Translations under genes and position numbers: made by a program
In this document: positions 11,202 to 27,140 of the stretch, piece after piece
Position numbering within the stretch: the first letter of the stretch is position 1
How the letters are laid out: every line of letters begins with the position of its first letter
Notes under the pieces: model-generated
What the model was told of the DNA's origin: nothing
What the model saw: the letters and a program-made list of their open reading frames with translations, nothing else
Databases searched by the model: none
NCBI GenBank assembly: GCA_963752285.1
Contig: CAVVXN010000004.1
Location: 64,001-128,000, forward strand
Direction: 5' to 3'
Source: an uncultured Planctomycetota bacterium
GTDB lineage: Bacteria; Planctomycetota; PLA2; JAEUHO01
DNA length: 64,000 bases

Positions 11202-12827
11202 TCAGCGACGGCCACGACCGCGCATGGGCGTCGGTGCGAAGGGATTGGTCGTGGTCGACGTCGTCGCATTCCTGAGGATCGCGGTGACGACCTCGGTCCC
11301 GGGCGGGAGGGCCGAGGGGTCAAGAGGCTCGACGACGGTCACGGACCCGTCGGAGATGCCCGCGCGTACGCGAACGGCCTTGAGGAGCCCGTTCGGCAGC
11401 GGGACGAACACGTGGACCGCGCGCTCCGTGTTCGATGTGCGCGCGCCGGCCCGGCGACCGCGGCCGGGGCGTGCGGTGGTGCTGGCGCTCTCGCCGCCGT
11501 CCGGGCCCTCGGTCGCGTCCTTGCGCTCTCCGTCCTCCGTGCCGGCGCCGCTTCGTTCCCCGGGGACGCGGTGGACCGCGCCGCCCGGGCGCGGCACGGT
11601 CTCCGCGACGAGATCGGCGTCGGGCTGGACCCGGAGCGCGGCGGCGGGCACGTGCAGCGCGTCGCGGGCGCTCCGGGCGATCTCGAACGTGACGTTCGCG
11701 GTCATGCCGGGAAAGAGGTGGCCGTCGGGGTTCGACGCCGCGATCACGACCGTGTACGTCACCACGTTGGAGACGGTCGTCGGCGCAAGGCGCACCTGCG
11801 AGACGACGCCCTCGAACGTCTGGTCGGGGTACGCGTCCACCATGAACGAGGCGCGCTGCGTCTCCTTGATCCGGCCAATGTCGGCCTCGGGCACGGAGGC
11901 CTCGATCTGCACCTTCGTCAGGTCGCGCGCGATCTCGAAGAGCGTGGGCGCCGAGAGGCTCGCGGCCACGGTCTGGCCCACGTCCACGTTGCGCGAGACC
12001 ACCGTGCCATCCACCGGCGAGACGATCGTGGCGTAGCCGAGGTTCACCTTGTCGCTCTCGAGCTGCGCCTCGCTCTGCTTGATCGAGGCCCGAGAGACCT
12101 GGACCTGGGCCTCCGCGGCCTTGACCGCGGCGTCGGCCGACGAGCGCTGGACCTGGTCCTGCCGGAACGCGGCCTCGGCCGACGAGATCTGTGCCTCGCC
12201 CTGCGTCACCGCGGCTTCGGCCACCGCCACCTGCGCGGCGAGCGACGCTTCGGAAGCCACGGCGGCGTCGAGGTCCGACGGCGAGACGAGTCGCTTCTCG
12301 ACGAGCTGGCGCTGGCGAGCGAGGTCGGCCCGCGCCTGGACATGCAGGGCGCGGGCGCGATCGACCTCGGCCTTCGACTGCACGAGCGCAGCCTTCGCGC
12401 GTTCGACGTCCGCCTTCCCCTGCGCGATTTGCGCGTCGGCCTTGTCCACCTCGATCTTCGTCTGGTCCAGGAGCGCCTCGACGCGGGTGGCGTCGGCCTC
12501 CGCGCGGGCCTTCGCTGCCTCGTCCTGCAGGACCTGCGCGGCCAGACGACGGGCGTCGAGGATGGCGATGGTCTCGCCCTGTGTGACGTGGCCGTTGAAG
12601 TCCACGAGGAGCTTCTCGATCGTACCGGAGATCTGCGTGCCCACCTCGACGAGCTCGACTGGCTGCACGGTTCCGCTGGCCTCGATGCCCTCGACGACCT
12701 CGCCGCGCTCGGCCGGTCCCGTGCGGTACTGGATGCCGCGGAGCGCCGAGTCGCGGTCCCGGAGGACGAAGAACCAGAGCGCGCCGCCGAGCAGCACGAT
12801 CACGAGCACGACGACGAACGCCTTCAT
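11202..12827 (-). CDS. Efflux periplasmic adaptor (MacA/HlyD-like membrane fusion protein) with long coiled coil
   Basis: 3' part of ORF 11202..15557 from MKAFVVVL: TM anchor, VGTQISG, SPVDGTVVSRNVDVGQTVAASL, PGMTANV; ATG overlaps TolC stop. Confidence 0.93.
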   Translation of the reverse strand: MKAFVVVLVIVLLGGALWFFVLRDRDSALRGIQYRTGPAERGEVVEGIEASGTVQPVELVEVGTQISGTIEKLLVDFNGHVTQGETIAILDARRLAAQVLQDEAAKARAEADATRVEALLDQTKIEVDKADAQIAQGKADVERAKAALVQSKAEVDRARALHVQARADLARQRQLVEKRLVSPSDLDAAVASEASLAAQVAVAEAAVTQGEAQISSAEAAFRQDQVQRSSADAAVKAAEAQVQVSRASIKQSEAQLESDKVNLGYATIVSPVDGTVVSRNVDVGQTVAASLSAPTLFEIARDLTKVQIEASVPEADIGRIKETQRASFMVDAYPDQTFEGVVSQVRLAPTTVSNVVTYTVVIAASNPDGHLFPGMTANVTFEIARSARDALHVPAAALRVQPDADLVAETVPRPGGAVHRVPGERSGAGTEDGERKDATEGPDGGESASTTARPGRGRRAGARTSNTERAVHVFVPLPNGLLKAVRVRAGISDGSVTVVEPLDPSALPPGTEVVTAILRNATTSTTTNPFAPTPMRGRGRR

Positions 12828-14269
12828 CAGGGTGCTCCCGCGCCCGACGGCGCCCCGGGTCGCTCGACCACGCCCATGGACCGCGCGACCGCCGCGCGCG
12901 CGGCGGCGAGGTCCGCCACCGCCTGCACGGCGGCGCCGCGCGCGGCCGCGAGGCTCTGCAGCGCGTCGGCGAGCTCGACCGACGTCGCCTTGCCGACCTG
13001 GAACCGCTCCTGGGCGAGGTCCAGGGTGTCCCTGGCGCTCACGACGGCGCTGCGGGTCAGCTCGACCCGCTGGCGGGCGTCCTCGATCCCGAGCCACGCC
13101 GCGCGGAGGTCGCGCCAGGCGCCCTGCTCGGTCTGGGCGCGCGAGGCCCGCGCGGCGCGCAGGGTCGCGACGGCCTCCTCGACGGAGCACACGTTCGCGA
13201 AGCCGTCGAACGGCGTCCAGGACACGCGCGGGCCGACGCTCCAGTCCCAGGGGAAGGGCAGGTCCGATCCGCTCGCGCCGTAGCCGAAGCCGACGGACAC
13301 GCTCGGGTAGAGCCGCGCCACCTGCGCATCGACGATGGCGGACGCAGCCCTCTCGCGGGCGGCCACCGCGGCGAGAGAGGGCTGGTGCTCGCGGGCCGAG
13401 GTCCACGCCGTGTCCATCGTGTCGGGGACCGCGAGGCCGTCGTCGCCCACGCGCGTGGTCCACGCGAGCGACTCCGCGAGGCCCACGGCGGAGGCGAGGT
13501 TCGCCTGCGCGAGGCGCAACGCGTCGTGGGTCTCGACCTCGGCGACCTGGGCGTTCAGGAGGTCCACCTTCGCCTTCGTCTCGTCGTAGGGGATGCGCGT
13601 CCCGGCTTCCACGAAGCCCTGGACCTGCTCGAGCCGCGCCTCGTACTGCTTGACCGTCTCCTCGGCGACCCTCTCGAGCTGGATCTGCTTCGAGAGCTCG
13701 TAGTACGCGCTCCGGACCGCGAAGGCCGTGTCCACCTCGGCCTGCTGCTCGTCCTCCTGCGCGGCGAGCCACGCCTCGCCCGCGTTCCGTACGAGCGCGT
13801 TCGTGCGACCGAAGTCGAAGAGGAGCCAGCTCACGTCGAAGCCGTACGCGCCGAAGCGGTGGGCGCTCGACCCCGAACGCGAGCTCTGGTCGCGGTACGA
13901 CCCGGAGGCGGAGGCGGTCACCTGGGGCAGCCGATCGGCCTCGGCCTCGCAACATCGGGCGCGCGCCGCTTCGGCGTTTCGCCGCGCGCGCACCACGGCA
14001 GGCTGAATGCGGACGGCCGTGCGGACGAGCTGGTCGAGGCCCACCTCGCCTTCCTCGGGCAGCCCGACCTCTCGGGCCGTGGGGGTGCGTTCGCCCGGGA
14101 CGGCGGTGCGGAAGTCGGTCGCCGCGCGGGCCTGCGCCGCGACGGAGCAGCCGGGGAGCCCGAGCGCGAGCGTCAGCGCCGCGCCGAGGACGAGAATGGC
14201 GCACACGGGCACGAACCGACCCACTCGGCGCCCGACGGGCGCTCGCTCCGCACGCGGCCGATCCTGCAT
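12827..14269 (-). CDS. TolC-family outer membrane efflux lipoprotein
   Basis: Lipobox-like LALGLPGC, WLLFDFG, AQERFQVGKATSVEL; heads the MFP-ABC operon. Confidence 0.9.
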   Translation of the reverse strand: MQDRPRAERAPVGRRVGRFVPVCAILVLGAALTLALGLPGCSVAAQARAATDFRTAVPGERTPTAREVGLPEEGEVGLDQLVRTAVRIQPAVVRARRNAEAARARCCEAEADRLPQVTASASGSYRDQSSRSGSSAHRFGAYGFDVSWLLFDFGRTNALVRNAGEAWLAAQEDEQQAEVDTAFAVRSAYYELSKQIQLERVAEETVKQYEARLEQVQGFVEAGTRIPYDETKAKVDLLNAQVAEVETHDALRLAQANLASAVGLAESLAWTTRVGDDGLAVPDTMDTAWTSAREHQPSLAAVAARERAASAIVDAQVARLYPSVSVGFGYGASGSDLPFPWDWSVGPRVSWTPFDGFANVCSVEEAVATLRAARASRAQTEQGAWRDLRAAWLGIEDARQRVELTRSAVVSARDTLDLAQERFQVGKATSVELADALQSLAAARGAAVQAVADLAAARAAVARSMGVVERPGAPSGAGAP

Positions 14270-14954
14270 GGCGCGCCCCCAGACCGGCGTCGCCGGTCGG
14301 CCGATTGAACCCGGGCCGGAGCGCAGGAGTCGTGCGAAATCGACACCGGGGCTCACGGCGACGGAGGGGGCGCCTCGTGCGGGGGGGCGAAGGCACGGGC
14401 TCTACGTTCCCGACCCCGTTCGGCCTTCGGGGCCGGAGCGCGTCCGTTCCCGTCGCCCGGTGGGGCGTCGTCTCGACGGGTGGGGGGCGACCGGCCGCCC
14501 ACCGTCCCGAGCGTAGCCACGGAGTGCTCGATCGCGTGGGTCGCACCCGGTGCGCGTCCCCGCCCGCCGTGCACCCGAGGCCGGTCAGGACGCCGCCGAC
14601 CCCGGGCTCTGAAGAATCCGACCGCTCGACATGAACGGACCGAGCGGGCGGAAGAAGATCGTGCAGCACCCGACCGCCCCACGAACACGAAGAGCGCGAG
14701 CCCGGCGGAGCGGTTCCGGAGCGCGCCCCCCCCGACGTGCCGTGCGACGCCTCCTCCGGTCGGTGGGGGACGCCACGTTTCCGCGCCCACGGACCGCGGC
14801 CAGGACCCCGGTCGGGGGTCGGGAGGCTCGGGTCCGGCTCGGGCGGCACCCGCGCGGGGCCGGTCGGAGGCGGCCTTCCGGCGCGCCGGCACGAACGCTG
14901 CGGGGCGACGGCGCTCGTGGAAGGCGTCTCGTCTGCCCCCCTACGGAGGATGTC

Positions 14955-15269
14955 ATGCCCAAGCTCATTCCGATTCTCTGCTGCGTCGTTGCCGTCGTCG
15001 CCTGGACCACCGTGCCCGCGCTCGCGTGCCCGGACCTCCACGTCGGCGCCGGCGTCGCGACGCACCCGTCCCCGACGTACTACGCCCCGCGCAGCACCCG
15101 GCCCTATCCGAGCAGCGGGTACGACTACGCCGCGCCGGCCTACTATTCGTATCCACGGACGTACTACGCGCCGGGCTACTACGGCTCGTACGGCGCGTAC
15201 GGCTACCCGGGCTCCTACTACGGGCCTCGCGCCGGCGTGGGCCTCGGCATCGGCATCGGCATTCGTTGA
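14955..15269 (+). CDS. Small secreted Tyr/Gly/Pro-rich protein
   Basis: GGAGG SD, signal peptide (VPALA-C), YYAP/YGAYGY low-complexity body, C-terminal GVGLGIGIGIR. Confidence 0.75.
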   Translation: MPKLIPILCCVVAVVAWTTVPALACPDLHVGAGVATHPSPTYYAPRSTRPYPSSGYDYAAPAYYSYPRTYYAPGYYGSYGAYGYPGSYYGPRAGVGLGIGIGIR

Positions 15270-15370
15270 CTCGCCTGGCCGGCCGGGACCCGCTTCGCGG
15301 ATCCCGGTCCCTGCGGGCCGGCTCGCGCGTCGCGGGCCGGCCCGCTCTTCGGTGGGGTCGGCGCTCGCGG

Positions 15371-21717
<6,347 letters not shown>

Positions 21718-24251
21718 CGGATTCCCTCCGCAGCGCGCGCCGCAGGTCGTGCGGCGACGCCGGCTTGATCAGGTAGTGATCGAATCCCGCCGCGGATCCC
21801 TCGCGGCGGTCCTCCTCGCGGCCGTATCCCGTGAGCGCCACGAGCCGGGGCGCGTCGTCTCCCAGGAGCTCGTGCACACGGCGGGCGACGGCGAAGCCGT
21901 CCATCTCGGGCATCGAGATGTCCACGAGGGCCACGTCCGGTCGCTGCTCCTGGATGAGCGCCACGCCCTCCGCGCCGTTCGAGGCGACGCGGACGTCCAC
22001 GCCCCATTCCTGCAGGAGGACGGTCGTGGACAGCCGGACGTCGTTCTCGTCCTCGACGAGGACGACGCGCAGGCCCGGCTCCAGGGGAATGTCCGTATCC
22101 ACGGGGGCGGGCGCGACCTCCGCCGCCGCGGGCGCGAGGGGGAGTCGGACGACGAACTCGCTGCCGAGGTCCTCTCCCGGGCTCGCCGCCCGGACGGTCC
22201 CGCCATGCAGGGTCACGAGCTGACGGACGAGCGTGAGGCCGATTCCGAGGCCGCGCCCGTCTCCCCGCTGCTGGACGAAGATGTCGAAGACCCGCTCCAG
22301 GAGGTCGGCAGGGATCCCGCGGCCGTTGTCCGCCACGCGCACGACCGCGTCGGAGGCCTCGCGCTCGAGCACGAGGTGGATCCGGCCGCCATGCGGCGTG
22401 TAGCGCACCGCGTTGTTGAGGAGGTTGCTGACGATCTGGACCAGGCGGACCGCGTCCCCGTCCACGACGAGGGGCTCCGGCGCCACGTCCACCGCGAGCA
22501 CGTGCCGGCGTTCGTCCACGAGGTTTCGCACGCTCTCCACGGCCTGGGTCAGCGTGTTCCGCAGCTCGACCCGCTCCTTGCGGAGCACGATCTTCCCCTG
22601 GGAGATGCGCGAGACGTCGAGCAGGTCGTCCACGAGACGGACGAGGTGGCGCACCTGTCGGTCCATGCAGTCGCACAAATGCCGCTGCGAGTCCGGAGGC
22701 AGCGAGCGCCCGCGGAGGACGGCGACGCCGGTGAGGATAGGGGAGAGGGGGTTCCGCAGCTCGTGCGCGAGGACCGCGAGGAACCGGTCCTTGCGCTGGC
22801 TCTCCTCGCGAAGCGCGTCGGCCTCCCAGCGCTGGCGCTCCTCGGTCATCCTGCGCTCGAGCTCCCGCCGCTCGAGCTCGCGCAGGCGGTTGGCCTGCCG
22901 CTGGACCTCGGCGGTGCGCTCCTGGAGCTGGACGAAGACCGAAACCTTCGCGCGGAGCACCTCCGGCACGATCGGCTTGAACAGAAAGTCCACGGCGCCG
23001 AGGCGGTACCCGTGGAGGATCTCCGCGTCCTCCTGGGGATAGGCCGAGACGAAGATGATGGGAACATGGCGCGATCGGGGTCGCGAGCGGATGAGCCGGG
23101 CCGTCTCGAACCCGTCGAGCCCCGGCATGCGCACGTCGAGGAGGATCAGCGCGAAATCCCGCTGGAGCAGGGCCCGAAGCGCCGCCCGTCCCGAGTCCAC
23201 GAGCACGAGCTCTCTTCCGAGGTCTTCGAGCGTCGCCTCGATCGCCGCGAGGTTGGCCGGGTCGTCATCGACGACGAGGATGTCGCCCGATCGAGCATCG
23301 GCGCACATCTCCGCGGGGTCATAGACCCCCGGCGTCTCGCCGGTGGGCTCGGTCAAAGGCGGATCCTCCCCGGTCTGGCTCCGTCGCGGCGCGCGGCCAC
23401 GACACGCGACCGGCAGCCGCAATTCTGGTACCGGGCCGAGGGCCCGCACAATCGCGCGGCTCCGGGCCGAAAGCCCGGCAATTCGTGCCGCGTCCACGCG
23501 CACGCGGGGCGCACCGCGTGCACGACGTGCGATCGGGGAGGGGGCGCCGGCGCGGTCCCGCGGGATGTGGTGGGCCCAATGACCCGGCCGTCATCGACCT
23601 CCGCCCGGCTCACGGGTTCCGATCGCTCGGGCCGCCCCGTCCGGAGGCGTGCGTCGCCCGGCGCGGCGCCGCGCGGCCGCCGAGGAAGGTGCGGTCGGGT
23701 CCCGGCGGACCCGACCGCGGCGCAGCATCTTCGAACTCCACACCGACTCACTGACATCGGTCATCGGACATCCATTTCATCTTCGCGTCGTTCACCCCGC
23801 GTCCGGTGACGCACAGTACGGATCCATCTCCACCCAACGCGCACGAACGACCTCACTTCGGTTGCTGTGGCCGACGCTCGGGGGTCGATCCCAGGTTCGG
23901 CCCTTTACCGACGAGAGCCCCGCCCAAGCAACGTCCGGGCCAATGGCGTCCGCCCCGCCCGCGCCGCGAGCTCACGCGAGGACGCGGGGGGCCCGCGCCC
24001 GCCCGGAACCCCCGGGAGAGCACGATGCGCATCGGCGGCTGCACCCTTCGTGCAGTCGCTGCACGCGCGCTTCAAGTCGCGGAGGCGGGTCGATGGCCCC
24101 CGAAGCCGAGAGCGGGGGCCGGTCTCCGCGCCGTGCGCACGTCGAGGCACGCACCTTGCGGTTGCCGGCCGACCGCATCGGCGCCGAGCGTAGTCGTTGG
24201 GCCGGGGAGCGTTCCGATGCCGCATCCTCCCGGCGTGCTGGAGCGTGAATC

Positions 24252-25907
24252 ATGAGATGTCGAACTGGATGGATGATCTTCGCCGCGTCGCTGCTCACAT
24301 GGGCGGCGGTCCCGGCGTTCGCGGACGACGCGCCCGCGGGACCGAACCCCGCCGCGACGGCAGGGCCGGCTTCGGTCTCGACGACGGTCGATGCGAACGA
24401 CCAGATCGGTCCGCCCCCTGCCGTGCCCTCGCAGCCGTTCGAGGACTCGGGGGCGTCGCGGAGCCCCAACCCCGCCGCGGCCGAGGACGAGCCGTCCTCG
24501 GAGAACCTGCCCGGCGACGACCAGGGCGAGAACCCGAACGAAGGCCGGCTGCCCGAGGGTCAGGAACCCGAAAGGGAGCAGCCCGCGGACCAGACGCCGC
24601 AGGGCCAGGCCGGGACGGGTGAGGTCCCGCTCTGCGGTGGGTGCATGTCCCGGCAGCCCGTGGGGGGATGCGCGTCCGTCACGTGCGCGCCCACGTGCAG
24701 CCAGCCGCGCTGCGCCTACGTACCCTGTCACTACGAGACCCGGAGCCGCGAGGTGACGTGCCCGGCCGTGACGTGCCAGCGTCGCGTCCCCGAGTACGAG
24801 AACGTCGAGGTGCCCGTCTACCAGAAGGTCTGCACACCCTGCTACCAGAACGTGGAGATCCCCGTGTACGCCACGCGGGAGGTTCCCGTCTACACGACGC
24901 GCAAGGTGCCGGAGTACGAGAACGTGGAGGTCGCGTGCTACGCGACGCGCCAGGTTCCCGTCTACACCACGCGGAAGGTGCCGGAGTACGAGAACGTGGA
25001 GGTCGCGTGCTACGCGACGCGCCAGGTTCCCATCTACACCACGCGGAAGGTGCCGGAATTCCAGAACGTGGAGATCCCCGTCTACGCGACGCGTTGCATC
25101 CCCGAGTACGAGAACGTCGAGGTCCCCGTCTACGCGACGCGGTGCGTCCCGACCTACTGCGACGTCGAGGTGCCCGAGTACGACACGCGGCAGGTGCCGA
25201 TCACCCGCGCCGTCTGCGATCCCTGCACGGGCCAGACGAGCGAGGTGGCGTGCGGCATGCGGACCGAGACGTACCAGTGCGGCACGCACACCGAGAAGCG
25301 GGTGTCCGGTCAGCGCACGGAGACCTTTACGTGTTCGACGAGGACGGAGCGTCGCCTCAAGGGGCAGCGCACCGAGACGTACCAGTGCGGCACGCGGACG
25401 GAGCGTCGCTGCTCGGGCTACCGTGACGAGCAGGTCCTTTGCGGATACCGCCCCGAGCGCTACCAGTCCGGCACGCGTACCGAACAGCGCTTCAAGGACT
25501 ACCGGTCCGAGCAGGTCCTCTGCGGCTACCGGCCCGAGCAGTACCAGTCGGGCACGCGCACCGAGAAGCGCCTCACGGGCTACCGCTCGGAGCAGGTCCA
25601 GTGCGGCACGCGCCGGGAGTGCTACCAGAACGGAACCCGCACGGAGCAGCGCCAGGTCGGCACCCGGACTGAGGTCGTGTGCACCGGCTCCCGCACCGAA
25701 CGCCGCCTGTCGGGCTACCGGACCGAGGAGGTGACCGTGCGCCCCGCGTCCACGCGGACCGTCCAGGAGCCGGTGATGGTCGCCGGCGGCTGGGTCACGG
25801 TCGTCCCCGAGGGACGGACCGACGGCGTGAGCCCGCTCCCCGGCACCCGGAAGGTCCTCTCCCAGACCGAGTTCGAGCAGGTGACCCTTAGCGTTCCGGC
25901 GCGGTAG
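24252..25907 (+). CDS. Secreted Cys/Tyr/Thr/Val-rich repeat protein (YTV-like), predicted giant beta-hairpin
   Basis: Signal peptide (AFA-DD), acidic linker, 8-aa PxYxxxxV repeats, CDPCTG turn, 9-aa GxRxExxxx repeats. Confidence 0.85.
   Translation: MRCRTGWMIFAASLLTWAAVPAFADDAPAGPNPAATAGPASVSTTVDANDQIGPPPAVPSQPFEDSGASRSPNPAAAEDEPSSENLPGDDQGENPNEGRLPEGQEPEREQPADQTPQGQAGTGEVPLCGGCMSRQPVGGCASVTCAPTCSQPRCAYVPCHYETRSREVTCPAVTCQRRVPEYENVEVPVYQKVCTPCYQNVEIPVYATREVPVYTTRKVPEYENVEVACYATRQVPVYTTRKVPEYENVEVACYATRQVPIYTTRKVPEFQNVEIPVYATRCIPEYENVEVPVYATRCVPTYCDVEVPEYDTRQVPITRAVCDPCTGQTSEVACGMRTETYQCGTHTEKRVSGQRTETFTCSTRTERRLKGQRTETYQCGTRTERRCSGYRDEQVLCGYRPERYQSGTRTEQRFKDYRSEQVLCGYRPEQYQSGTRTEKRLTGYRSEQVQCGTRRECYQNGTRTEQRQVGTRTEVVCTGSRTERRLSGYRTEEVTVRPASTRTVQEPVMVAGGWVTVVPEGRTDGVSPLPGTRKVLSQTEFEQVTLSVPAR
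24880..25600. repeat. Intragenic tandem duplications (72-bp units in outgoing arm, 81-bp units in returning arm)
   Basis: gttcccgtctacac..aaggtgccggagtacgagaacgtggaggtcgcgtgctacgcgacgcgccag twice; gagcaggtcct..tgcgg.taccg.cccgag..taccagtc.ggcacgcg.accga twice. Confidence 0.8.
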
Positions 25908-25993
25908 GGATGCCTTCCCGAAGGTGAGAGCGGGCCGCGGGCCTGTGGCTCGCGGCCCGCTCTCCTGCCCGCACCCGCTTTCCGGAGGTTTCC

Positions 25994-26485
25994 ATGCGCA
26001 TTCTCCAGAGACACTCGCCCCGAGACCGAAGCGCGGGCGACCGCGCCGCGAGCCGAGACTGGTGCGAGTGCCTCGAGGGCGTCGTGCACGCGAGCCTCGA
26101 GATCTCCCAGGCCCGGGTCCTCCTCGCCGCGGGCGAGTCCGACGAGGACCTCCGCGGCACGACGATGCGCAGGGCGCTCGAGGAGCGAGGCTGGGCCGAG
26201 GCGCTCCACCGCGAGGCGGGGGCGTTCCTCGCGCGCGGACCCCGCGCGGTCCGCCCGCTCGCCGTGCGACCCAGCGCCCGCCGGATGCGACGTGCCCTGC
26301 TCGCCGGGGACCCCATCCTGCTCGAGCGTGCGCTCGCGGTCGACGTGCGACGACTCGCGCACGGCTGCCGCCGATTGCTCCGGAGGCTCGACACCCCGGA
26401 GTCCGTCCGGCGTCTCCTCGCGCAGCGCGTCGCCGACCTCGACGACCTGGAGACCGGCCGACTGCCACCGTCCCGGGCGGGATGA
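25994..26485 (+). CDS. Hypothetical helical protein, possibly a degenerate ferritin-like (DUF2383-like) four-helix bundle
   Basis: GGAGG SD; amphipathic helices (RRALEERGWAEAL, PESVRRLLAQRVADL); family call weak. Confidence 0.5.
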   Translation: MRILQRHSPRDRSAGDRAASRDWCECLEGVVHASLEISQARVLLAAGESDEDLRGTTMRRALEERGWAEALHREAGAFLARGPRAVRPLAVRPSARRMRRALLAGDPILLERALAVDVRRLAHGCRRLLRRLDTPESVRRLLAQRVADLDDLETGRLPPSRAG

Positions 26486-26530
26486 CGGGCGCGCGGGCAC
26501 ACGACCCGGCGCCGCCGAGCGGACGCCTCC

Positions 26531-26797
26531 TCAGAACCGGAAGCGCCCCCAGCGCCAGGATCCCAGGTCGAGGACGACCGCGAGGACCATCACGAGCAGC
26601 CAGAAGCTCCCGTGGACCCCGCCGGCGGTATTGACGGCCACCGCGTACGCGAGCGTCGTGGTCGGCGCGACGACGAACCCGACGAGCGGGAGGAGCAGGC
26701 CCGTGTAGACGCGCGCCAGGTAGCTCGTGAACAACGCGAGCACGATCAGCACCGCGCGCGGGGCCAGGAGTCCGATGATCGCGAGGAGAATGGGCAT
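26531..26797 (-). CDS. Small integral membrane hypothetical protein
   Basis: 88 aa, three hydrophobic helices, P-R..L and GF..P.TTL.Y pattern; GGAG SD. Confidence 0.75.
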   Translation of the reverse strand: MPILLAIIGLLAPRAVLIVLALFTSYLARVYTGLLLPLVGFVVAPTTTLAYAVAVNTAGGVHGSFWLLVMVLAVVLDLGSWRWGRFRF

Positions 26798-27140
26798 GTG
26801 CGCTCCGGCTGGGGATTGCCCGACTGCGGCGAGCCGCGTGCCACGTCCGGCCGCGACCGAGGAGCCTGGAGGACAAAGGTCGCGCGGGAGCGCAGGACCC
26901 TAGTCCCCCAGCGCCCCGAGACCCATCCTCCGTTCCCAGGCCCGGAACGCGTTCCCGTTCGGACGGCGCGCTCGGCGGTGGGGAGTCGTCCGGTTCCCGA
27001 CGGTTCGCGTCCCGGCTAGGATTCCGGTGCCGGGAGTTCGGTTTGGCACCCGCCTCGCTCGTGGCCGATCGCTCGGGGGCGAGGCAGGACGCCGTAGCGT
27101 CCCGGCGAGAAAATGACACCCGCGAACGGAGCGGGTGACG

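Noticed and set aside
14480..14780. Possible membrane-protein remnant (GLALFVFVG..TIFFRPLGPF on the minus strand)
   Set aside because: Short, needs a frameshift, and no family could be recognised with confidence
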